Made by a program: the position numbers and the translations under genes | Notes under the pieces: generated by a model | Seen by the model: only the letters and a program-made list of their open reading frames with translations | Databases searched by the model: none | What the model was told of the DNA's origin: nothing | Source: Bacteriovoracia bacterium | GTDB lineage: Bacteria > Bdellovibrionota > Bacteriovoracia > Bacteriovoracales > Bacteriovoracaceae | Direction of reading: 5' to 3' | DNA: 30,492 bases | Assembly: GCA_046570105.1 (NCBI GenBank) | Contig: JBKHVI010000035.1 | Location: 1-30,492, forward strand | In this document: piece after piece, positions 8,477 to 16,141 of the stretch | Layout of the letters: every line of letters starts with the position of its first letter | How positions within the stretch are numbered: the first letter of the stretch is position 1

Positions 8477-9244
8477 CTAAAAATTTAAACGTGCGCCGAG
8501 AACGAAACCTTTGAAGTACTCGCGATCATCGTAGTAATAACGTGTGCCTGAAAATACACGATACTGGTGGGCGTAATTAAATTCCTGACGGAACAAGATA
8601 TAAACTCGCAAAATCGACATCTCTCCAAAAAATCCCCAATGCTGGTCATATCCGCGAGAATAGTGGGAGTCGGTACGGATACTTTTTTTGTAACGATACT
8701 GACCTTCTACGCCGAAGTGACGAAAGATATAAAGATTGGCAAGTGCACCATAATAACTTTGCTCAAAATTGCCAATAAATGCATGCTCCGATTTTTGTTT
8801 ACCAGTCAGTAGCGTGAGGTGAGTCGTCTGTGTCGATGAGCCTAGAATACGAAGATAGAAAGTTCCCTCATCACGCTCCCAGTATTGTTCTTTGGCACTG
8901 AATTTATATTGATCGCGTTGAATACCAAATCCCACCGGTCCAAAGTGAATCTGTAATCCGCCGCCGGCCGCTTTTGTAGGGCGTTTTTTTGGATCATAAC
9001 CAGTGCGCATGAAATTCATCATGCCAAAGCGAGCATCGGCCATCAGTTCGAAATGTGGACCTTTCTTAAGGTTAAGTGGCATCCACTGCTCCATCGCCTT
9101 TGATTTGCGATTGGGAGCAATAATATTTTCTAGCGCCCAGCGAGTGCGTACTTTTTCTGTTAGTTTGCGGTTAACGGGATCATAGACGCTGTCCTGGGCC
9201 AGTGTATGTGCAGAGAGAAAAATAGTCAGGAGTAAGAGAATCAT
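8477..9244 (-). CDS. Exported hypothetical protein, probable outer-membrane beta-barrel
   Basis: Signal peptide ending AHTLA-Q; alternating aromatic/Gly strands; C-terminal GFVLGARLNF with terminal Phe. Confidence 0.6.
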   Translation of the reverse strand: MILLLLTIFLSAHTLAQDSVYDPVNRKLTEKVRTRWALENIIAPNRKSKAMEQWMPLNLKKGPHFELMADARFGMMNFMRTGYDPKKRPTKAAGGGLQIHFGPVGFGIQRDQYKFSAKEQYWERDEGTFYLRILGSSTQTTHLTLLTGKQKSEHAFIGNFEQSYYGALANLYIFRHFGVEGQYRYKKSIRTDSHYSRGYDQHWGFFGEMSILRVYILFRQEFNYAHQYRVFSGTRYYYDDREYFKGFVLGARLNF

Positions 9245-9339
9245 CCTAGATAGGATATGAGCTTTGAGGAATAGCTACAAGCATGTTTGTCTGGCTCTTG
9301 TCTCAGGCAAAAATGAGATCAACGTGTCATAGTCACCCC

Positions 9340-10011
9340 ATGAAAAACTATTTAATTATTGGTGGTAGCCACGGCATCACTGAAACTCTGGTAGAAAATC
9401 TTAAAAATGAAGCAAAGCTCTATTGCCTTTGTCGCAGTGAGGTTCAAGGAGTGGAGCACATCTCCTTCGATGTTTTGAAAGACGAGCTTCCCATGGAGCA
9501 ATTGCCTGAAATCATCGACGGTGTAGTTTATGCCCCAGGTTCAATTAACTTAAGGCCCTTTCATCTGCTTAAAGACGAAGATTGGGAGAATGATTGGAAG
9601 TTGAATGTGATGGGTGCAGTCAAAGTTCTCCGAGCTGTTTATCCCCGTCTTAAAAAGTCTGCTAATCCCAGCGTGGTTTTATATAGCACCGTGGCAGTTA
9701 AAAAAGGCATGGCCTATCATGCCTCGATCGCTGCCTCTAAGGCCGCCGTCGAAGGTCTGACGCGCTCCCTAGCTGCTGAATGGGCACCGCTGATTCGTGT
9801 CAATGCCATTGCTCCCTCGCTAGTTGAGACTCCTCTTGCAGCTAAGTTAACAGCGAATGCAAAAGTCAAAGAGCAGTCGATAGAAAAACATCCACTTAAA
9901 CGTCTTGGAACAACAGAGGATCTCGCTCGAGCAACACAATATCTGCTAACACCAGAGTCGGCCTGGGTAACAGGTGTAGTGCTGGCCGTGGATGGGGGGA
10001 TGTCGTTATAA
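9340..10011 (+). CDS. SDR family NAD(P)-dependent oxidoreductase
   Basis: GGSHGI cofactor motif, IRVNAIAP, VDGG; the YxxxK site reads IAASK (atypical). Start moved to ATG 9340. Confidence 0.85.
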   Translation: MKNYLIIGGSHGITETLVENLKNEAKLYCLCRSEVQGVEHISFDVLKDELPMEQLPEIIDGVVYAPGSINLRPFHLLKDEDWENDWKLNVMGAVKVLRAVYPRLKKSANPSVVLYSTVAVKKGMAYHASIAASKAAVEGLTRSLAAEWAPLIRVNAIAPSLVETPLAAKLTANAKVKEQSIEKHPLKRLGTTEDLARATQYLLTPESAWVTGVVLAVDGGMSL

Positions 10012-10018
10012 TCTAGCT

Positions 10019-10468
10019 ATGCAAAATCTAGATTTGTTCAAAGGTATTCGTTTTTTCGAAGCTTTTCCTGAAGATCAGCTAGTCCAGATTCTCCCACTCA
10101 CTGAGCGTAAAACGTTCAAAGAGGGAGAAGTGATACTGGAGCAAGGTCATCTCAATCTCTATTTTTTATTATCGGGCTCAGTCGATGTCAGTATCGACAA
10201 ACAATTTGTGGTGACTGTTTCTTCCCATGGACAAGTCTTTGGAGAGATGTCGATCGCCAATCACACGACATGTACTGCAACGGTGAAGGCCAAAACCGAT
10301 ACTGTAATGTTGATTCTAAATTTTGAAGAACTTAAAAATTCTTTGAAGCTAGATAATCGTGATGGAGTCTTAAAGAATTTTTATCAGGCCTGTGCTGAAA
10401 TCCTGGCTAAGAAACTCATCAGTACAAATCAAATCGCCAAAACTTTTCGGGCCGAGCATGGCACTTAA
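10019..10468 (+). CDS. Stand-alone cyclic-nucleotide-binding domain protein
   Basis: GEVILEQG..LYFLLSGSV and GQVFGEMSI motifs; no C-terminal HTH. Start moved to ATG 10019. Confidence 0.85.
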   Translation: MQNLDLFKGIRFFEAFPEDQLVQILPLTERKTFKEGEVILEQGHLNLYFLLSGSVDVSIDKQFVVTVSSHGQVFGEMSIANHTTCTATVKAKTDTVMLILNFEELKNSLKLDNRDGVLKNFYQACAEILAKKLISTNQIAKTFRAEHGT

Positions 10469-11153
10469 GAAAAAAGCCATTGTCGTTCATTCCGGTGGAA
10501 TGGACTCGAGTCTCTGTCTGGCCGCTGCCGTCAACGAGTTTGGTGCTGATCAAGTTCTCTCACTTTCTTTTGATTACGGACAACGTCACCAAAATGAAGT
10601 GGCTCGTGCCAAAAAAATAGCCACTCACTTCAAAGTAGATCATGCGGTTTTAGAAATTAATTGTCTCAATGAGATTACCGAAAATGCTCTCACCAGAGAT
10701 ATTCCTATTCAGCATAAGGCCGGAGAAACACCCAATACTCTCGTGGTTGGTCGCAATGGTTTGATGGCCCGACTGGCTGGCATTCACGCTCATCAATTAG
10801 GAGCGCAGTGTATTTATCTCGGTGTAATGGAGCTGGAAGGCGCCAATTCTGGCTACCGTGATTGTTCACGCGCTTATATGGATCTGATTCAAAGTGCTCT
10901 GCGCTTAGATTTTGCCAACGATAAGTTTGAGATTCGCACACCCTTGGTCAAGATGACTAAATTACAAACCATGGAGTTGGGGCATCAGCTTAAAGTGTTG
11001 CCGTATCTTCTAGAGAACACTGTGACTTGTTACCAAGGCATTGAGCATCAAGGCTGTGGTATTTGTCCGGCATGTAAGTTGAGAAATGACGGGGTGAAGG
11101 CTTTTGTTGCTCTTCACCCAGAGATAGAATTTTCTTGGAAAACTAAGCTGTAA
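10458..11153 (+). CDS. queC: 7-cyano-7-deazaguanine synthase
   Basis: SGGMDS, FDYGQRH, GYRDC and TCY...CG.CPAC.LR zinc motifs. Start moved to ATG 10458. Confidence 0.95.
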   Translation: MALKKKAIVVHSGGMDSSLCLAAAVNEFGADQVLSLSFDYGQRHQNEVARAKKIATHFKVDHAVLEINCLNEITENALTRDIPIQHKAGETPNTLVVGRNGLMARLAGIHAHQLGAQCIYLGVMELEGANSGYRDCSRAYMDLIQSALRLDFANDKFEIRTPLVKMTKLQTMELGHQLKVLPYLLENTVTCYQGIEHQGCGICPACKLRNDGVKAFVALHPEIEFSWKTKL

Positions 11154-11679
11154 GAGCGTCTTGTAGCTCTTCCCACAACTCATTCAATTCGCGGCGATAT
11201 TTTTTGCCTTCTTCCGTCCAAACATCTTGGTCTGTGCGAGAAGTTCCATCAGCAACCCATTCATCAATTAATAAAAGATGGTCTTCCATCTCATCAAGCA
11301 GTTCGCCGACTTCATCATCTTGATCATCCACTGACATGCCTGCCAGAGTAATGCCCATCAGAAAGAAATCTCCCAAACGGCCAACGGCGACTAATTCATC
11401 TTGAAGTTTTGGTAGCTCAAGACTCAAAAGTGATTTGCGACGTTTCTCAAGACTTTTTTCAATGTCTTTCCAGAGCTTCGTCAGCTCATCGGTAATCGTT
11501 TTTTTATCACCAGGAGTATTGAACTTTACGGGAACCTTAGTGTCTTCTAAGTAAAGCTCTTTGAGTGCTTTGGGTAGTGGCATGGGATCGTCAGCCGTCA
11601 TGGCGCCAATAAAAAAAGCTTCCACTTCTTTGGCGTTCATCTCGATATCGCATCCGGCGAGACTGTCTTGTAGGGCCAT
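11143..11679 (-). CDS. Acidic helical hypothetical protein, weakly UPF0149/YecA-like
   Basis: 178-aa ORF directly downstream of the nitroreductase; MNAKEVEAFFIGAMTADDPMP resembles the UPF0149 N-terminus (from memory). Confidence 0.5.
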   Translation of the reverse strand: MALQDSLAGCDIEMNAKEVEAFFIGAMTADDPMPLPKALKELYLEDTKVPVKFNTPGDKKTITDELTKLWKDIEKSLEKRRKSLLSLELPKLQDELVAVGRLGDFFLMGITLAGMSVDDQDDEVGELLDEMEDHLLLIDEWVADGTSRTDQDVWTEEGKKYRRELNELWEELQDALTA

Positions 11680-11680
11680 C

Positions 11681-12457
11681 TTAAACCTCTTTAATAAATT
11701 GAGCTTCCGGGAACCTTAAGCGTGGGCCATAGACACCATTGGGAGCACGACGACCCACACTTATTACCATCACAATATCATCCTTACATCCGAGGCTTAA
11801 GAGTTTTTTCACTCGCTTTGAATCAAATCCTTCCATGGGGCAGGTATCAAAGCCCTGGGCAGAAATCCCGAGCATAAAGTTCTGACAAGCTAGGGCACAG
11901 CTCTTGTTGGCCCAAATGCGCATTTCACTCCAGCTGGTCGGCTCACGCGGCGTAATTTGGGTGAGGCCTCGAATAAAGAACAAAATTTTCTTTAAAAAGC
12001 CCAGTGTCCCTAGAAAGCCTTGGGTGTAAACAAAAGGGGCGAGTTTGGCGTAATAGGCGCGGGCACTTTTAGGGACGGGTGTTTTTGATTGATCAAAATG
12101 CTGCAACATTTGTTGAGCATGTTCGCGCCATTTTTGAGGTCGAGCGATGCAGACAATAAGTTCCTGGGCCGTCCGAGCCGCCGGTTGATTGAAACAAAAC
12201 TTGGCCAACAAACGCTTTTTTTCCAGACTTTTGACCCACTGAAATTCCCAGCATTGCAGGTTAGATGAATTGGGCGCCAGGAGAGCTGCGCTTAGCGCAT
12301 GACGGATAACTTCGGCGGGAACAGGCTCAGGGCCATAAACTCTCACACTTCTGCGAGCGGCCAATATTGCGTCAAACGCCTTCACATCAGTTGGTGGAGC
12401 GGTCTCGCTATAACCTAATTCTGGGATCTTAGAGAAGATATCGGCACCGTCACTCAT
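11681..12457 (-). CDS. Nitroreductase family protein
   Basis: RRSVRVY, APNSSNLQCWEF and GFDTCPMEGFD motifs; AGGAG SD before ATG 12457. Confidence 0.9.
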   Translation of the reverse strand: MSDGADIFSKIPELGYSETAPPTDVKAFDAILAARRSVRVYGPEPVPAEVIRHALSAALLAPNSSNLQCWEFQWVKSLEKKRLLAKFCFNQPAARTAQELIVCIARPQKWREHAQQMLQHFDQSKTPVPKSARAYYAKLAPFVYTQGFLGTLGFLKKILFFIRGLTQITPREPTSWSEMRIWANKSCALACQNFMLGISAQGFDTCPMEGFDSKRVKKLLSLGCKDDIVMVISVGRRAPNGVYGPRLRFPEAQFIKEV

Positions 12458-12524
12458 CAAAAACTCCTAGAAATATTACAGAGCAGGGGCGAGTTAGCCC
12501 AATCTTCGCCTAGGATAGCCTGAC

Positions 12525-13379
12525 ATGAAAAACTTGGTCTCATTTTATTCTTTGATTTATTACGCCTGCAAAATATTGCTGATTATCTCCTTATTTAATT
12601 GGTGGATAGGCCATGCCGATGCAGCTGAAGCAGAGAAGATGGCCTTCGAAGCTCTTGAGGCTCTTGATAGCGATCAGAAAATGATCAACATGCTAGGCAA
12701 TGGCATGTTTAAGTTCAAACAAACCATCGCATGTACTTCAAAATTTAATGGCACAGATCGTTTTATAAGCGGGCGGGAATCAGTTGTATATCGTCGCTGT
12801 CCGGATTTAACAGTAAGTTTTGATCAGCCCAATTCATCAGGAGCTGGCGGCTGGAACGGGTACTGCGGACAAACTGCGGTCAGCAATACTACGGCGATGT
12901 TCTGCACTCGTTTTTTGAATCCAACTTTCATTGATCAGTACGCAACTGACGTGACTCCAGGAAATCGTCCTGACACAAGCGTGCGTGCTCTTCGTAAAAT
13001 ATTTTCGGAAGCTCACCCCATTTTTAGAAGCCGCAACAATCCTTGTCCGGAAGGACGTTGGGTGAATGAGAGTCCTTGGACCGCCAAAGGCTATTTACAG
13101 GGATTGCGTGAAGCTTTGTGGGATGGACAAGGGAGAGTTCAGCGTAAACGTCCCGATGGTTCAATCATACACATCTCTCCCGTGATGCTTTTAATTGCTT
13201 CCGGAGTGCAGGCCTTGCATTGGGTTACGCTGGTCGATTTTCATCAGAATAGCGATGATAAGTATGGTTGCGATGCTGTGGTGAATACTTGGGGGTCGCA
13301 GCGACTTTTGACTTGTGAAAATCTAGTCAAATATGGGCAGACACCTATTTTTGGTTATCGTTATCTCAAATTTGAATAA
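12525..13379 (+). CDS. Secreted hypothetical protein, candidate papain-fold (C39-like) cysteine peptidase
   Basis: Signal-like N-terminus ending ADA-A; Q101...YC114GQTAVSN, PVMLLI...LH232WVTLV and VN254TWG in papain-fold order. Confidence 0.55.
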   Translation: MKNLVSFYSLIYYACKILLIISLFNWWIGHADAAEAEKMAFEALEALDSDQKMINMLGNGMFKFKQTIACTSKFNGTDRFISGRESVVYRRCPDLTVSFDQPNSSGAGGWNGYCGQTAVSNTTAMFCTRFLNPTFIDQYATDVTPGNRPDTSVRALRKIFSEAHPIFRSRNNPCPEGRWVNESPWTAKGYLQGLREALWDGQGRVQRKRPDGSIIHISPVMLLIASGVQALHWVTLVDFHQNSDDKYGCDAVVNTWGSQRLLTCENLVKYGQTPIFGYRYLKFE

Positions 13380-14162
13380 TTATTTTTTGAATGGATCAGT
13401 GAGTTTCTCTCCGGCCTGCAAACGCCAAATTTTAACCGCACGAATAAAGATATTGTGAGCACTCAAAAGTGAAACCACAAGCCCGTGCGTTCCATCTAAA
13501 AAACCCAAACGCCAAATATAGTGACGAACAAATCGACCTAAGGGACGAAAGAAAAGATACATCCAGCTAATTCGACGGCCTGTTTTCTGAAATTTCTCAA
13601 AGCGATCCATCGCTCCCCAGGTGGTATAGCGATCAGCTTTTTTGAGATAGCTCGCGAGATCAACATAGGTGTAGTGAATGATTTTATTTTTGAGTTTTGA
13701 AATACTACCACTCGATTCAATTTCGGCATGAACTTTGAGATCTTGGTACTTGCAAGTATCGCGCTTAAACAAGCGGACAACTTTATCTGACTGCCATCCT
13801 GAGTAATTAATTTTCTTACCCATGAAATGATTCACTCGATGAATCCAGTAAGCATCATGGGCCGGCTTAGCGACTACTGCTTTCATTTCTCGTTCAAGTT
13901 CAGGGGTGCAGCGCTCATCCGCATCGAGTAGGAAAATCCAGGGATGACTGGCCTGAGGAATCGCCCAGTTTTTCTGTGAAGCAGAGTAGCCGTACTCACG
14001 CTGAATGACTTTAGCTCCGTTCTCACGTGCGATTTCTACTGTGCGATCAGTACTGAATGAGTCCACCACTAAGACTTCATCGGCCCACTTAACAGAGGCG
14101 ATAGCGTCCTTGATATGGCGCTCTTCATTAAAGGTAGGGATGATGGCCGTGACTTTTTCCAT
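13380..14162 (-). CDS. Glycosyltransferase family 2 (WaaE/KdtX-like LPS core glucosyltransferase)
   Basis: IIPTFNEE, VVDSFSTDRT, LDADE, VHAE and GFLDG motifs. Start moved to ATG 14162 to avoid overlap with the divergent gene. Confidence 0.9.
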   Translation of the reverse strand: MEKVTAIIPTFNEERHIKDAIASVKWADEVLVVDSFSTDRTVEIARENGAKVIQREYGYSASQKNWAIPQASHPWIFLLDADERCTPELEREMKAVVAKPAHDAYWIHRVNHFMGKKINYSGWQSDKVVRLFKRDTCKYQDLKVHAEIESSGSISKLKNKIIHYTYVDLASYLKKADRYTTWGAMDRFEKFQKTGRRISWMYLFFRPLGRFVRHYIWRLGFLDGTHGLVVSLLSAHNIFIRAVKIWRLQAGEKLTDPFKK

Positions 14163-14185
14163 AAGCTCGCCTATCATCTTAACTG

Positions 14186-15220
14186 ATGACACACTCTCTC
14201 GCCAAACCGATTCTGATCATCCAGACCGCCTTTATTGGCGATACCATCTTGGCATCCTCCTTTGCTCGCTCAGTCAAGGAACTCTATCCTGATAATGAGC
14301 TGCATTTCTTCTTGAGAAAGGGCAATGAAGCCGTCATTCAAGGACTGCCGTTTATTCAAAAAGTCTGGGTTTGGGATAAAGGCGAAGGCAAGGTCAGCTC
14401 ACTTTTAAAGCTCATCGGCGAGATGAGAAAGTACCAATATGAGGCGGTCTTCAATCTGCATCGACACTTCAATTCTGGTTTTATTACTGCTCGCATGAAG
14501 GCCCAGCGAAAAATTGGCTTTAAAGAAAATCCTCTTTCCATTTTTTATACCGACAAGGTCACCCATCGAATTCCACATATGGAAAACCAAGTGGCGTGGC
14601 ATGAGACGCAAAGAAATTTACAGCTTTTGAAAGCACTCAACCCCACTTTTCAGATATCTCAGGACAAAGCAAAACTGAGACCCGTGCTTCCGATTCAGAT
14701 AAAGCATCGTGAGAAAGTACAAAATTACAAACAGAAGCCTTTCGTTGTAGTGGCCCCTGCCTCGGTCTGGTTCACCAAGCAATGGGAAGAGGCGAGCTAC
14801 ACTCAACTCGTCCAAGAACTCTCACCAAAGCTGCAAGTCCTTTTGATCGGTGGTCCAGGAGATAAGGAGCTCTGTGATCGAGTGAAAGGTCAAACCCAGG
14901 CGATCAATCTCTGTGGGCAACTCAATCTACTGGAGAGTGCAGCGCTGATGGAGGGAGCTGAGCGCGTTTTTGTGAATGATTCAGGGCCTCTCCATCTGGC
15001 CAGCAGTGTGAACGCCAAAACCACCACTATGTTCTGTGCTACTATCCCTGAGTTCGGTTATGGCCCTCTGGCCGATCAAGCGATTGTGCTTGAGTCTCCT
15101 GAGAAACTTAATTGCCGTCCCTGCGGTCTCCATGGCCATAAGGTCTGCCCTGAGGGGCATTTTAAGTGTGCAAAATCGATAACTGTCGAAAATGTCATCC
15201 GGACAATTTCACAAGCGTAA
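14186..15220 (+). CDS. Glycosyltransferase family 9 (heptosyltransferase II-like)
   Basis: IQTAFIGD, APASVWFTKQW, NDSGPLHLAS and CRPCGLHGHKVCP.GHFKC motifs. Confidence 0.9.
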   Translation: MTHSLAKPILIIQTAFIGDTILASSFARSVKELYPDNELHFFLRKGNEAVIQGLPFIQKVWVWDKGEGKVSSLLKLIGEMRKYQYEAVFNLHRHFNSGFITARMKAQRKIGFKENPLSIFYTDKVTHRIPHMENQVAWHETQRNLQLLKALNPTFQISQDKAKLRPVLPIQIKHREKVQNYKQKPFVVVAPASVWFTKQWEEASYTQLVQELSPKLQVLLIGGPGDKELCDRVKGQTQAINLCGQLNLLESAALMEGAERVFVNDSGPLHLASSVNAKTTTMFCATIPEFGYGPLADQAIVLESPEKLNCRPCGLHGHKVCPEGHFKCAKSITVENVIRTISQA

Positions 15221-15317
15221 AATCCATTCTTACCGGCCTACACATTCTTAACATCAAACTCTTTGTTCAAATCCACTCCTCGCGCTATAAGTGCGCCAAC
15301 TAACCCAGGAGTGCTTT

Positions 15318-15674
15318 ATGAAAATGATTCTTGCTATCCTTATGCTCAGTATTGCAATGCCATCGTTTGCCAATATTATTGGCTCAGAACTCTCTTCACG
15401 CCACCAAGCAGTTATTGCTAAGGCCGTTGCTGAGAAGTGCTTCCTCACAAGAGGATTGACTGAAGTAAAAACAGAAGTGCGTGTTGATCGCGTTGATCAA
15501 GGTGTAATTGATTACTATTACACTTCTGAATTGACTGCTGTTGATTACATTGATCAAGGTGTGTTTGATACTTACAAAGTTATCGTAGAGTCAGCGATTT
15601 TCTCTGGTTACGACCATGAAGCTCAAGACTGGGGTTTGATCGACGTTCAATCAGTTAAATGTACTATGCTTTAA
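15318..15674 (+). CDS. Small secreted hypothetical protein with a duplicated DxxDQGV motif
   Basis: AGGAG SD; signal peptide ending SFA-N; two Cys; followed by its own terminator. Start moved to ATG 15318. Confidence 0.75.
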   Translation: MKMILAILMLSIAMPSFANIIGSELSSRHQAVIAKAVAEKCFLTRGLTEVKTEVRVDRVDQGVIDYYYTSELTAVDYIDQGVFDTYKVIVESAIFSGYDHEAQDWGLIDVQSVKCTML

Positions 15675-15687
15675 TTTGTTTTTTGAT

Positions 15688-15718
15688 AGGGGTGGGCAGT
15701 TCAACCCACCCCTTCTTG
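15688..15718 (+). terminator. Rho-independent terminator
   Basis: AGGGGTGGG-cagttcaa-CCCACCCCT followed by TCTTG. Confidence 0.7.
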
Positions 15719-15766
15719 TCTCGGCGGGACTAGATTTTATCGATAGTTTCACGTTATCCTTAGTTC

Positions 15767-16141
15767 ATGATTATTAGCCTAGAACCCTTCGAAAAAGCCC
15801 TAAAAACTCTTGAATCAGCCCTCAAAACAGATTCACCAAGTGATCTTGAGCGTGATGGCATTATTCAGCGCTTTGAGTACTGCATCGAGCTATCCTGGAA
15901 GACGGCTAAAAAGAAACTTGACCAGAACGCTATTGAGACGGACTCACCAAGAGAAGTTTATCGCCAGATGGCTAAACTGAGGTGGATCGCTGACGCGGCT
16001 ATTTGGTTTGAGTTTTTGAATGCCAGAAATAAAACAAGTCATATGTATCGTGAGGATGTTGCTAAAGAAATTTTTGCAATTGTTCCATCCTTCCTAGTAG
16101 AAGCCCAATTACTGCTAAAAAAACTTAAAGCTCTGACCTGA
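15767..16141 (+). CDS. HEPN-domain toxin, HI0074/nucleotidyltransferase substrate-binding family
   Basis: RDGIIQRFEYCIELSWK and SPREVYR motifs; R87-NKTS-H92-M-Y94 (RX4HXY). Confidence 0.9.
   Translation: MIISLEPFEKALKTLESALKTDSPSDLERDGIIQRFEYCIELSWKTAKKKLDQNAIETDSPREVYRQMAKLRWIADAAIWFEFLNARNKTSHMYREDVAKEIFAIVPSFLVEAQLLLKKLKALT

Noticed and set aside
10458..11153. queC as part of a defence system (QatABCD, Dpd or CBASS type IV)
   Set aside because: Canonical length and motifs; no TatD, ATPase, TGT-like or cyclase neighbours.
15110..15170. Four-Cys C-terminal motif in both GT9 proteins as a novelty
   Set aside because: CxPC...C...C tails are a common feature of GT9 enzymes.
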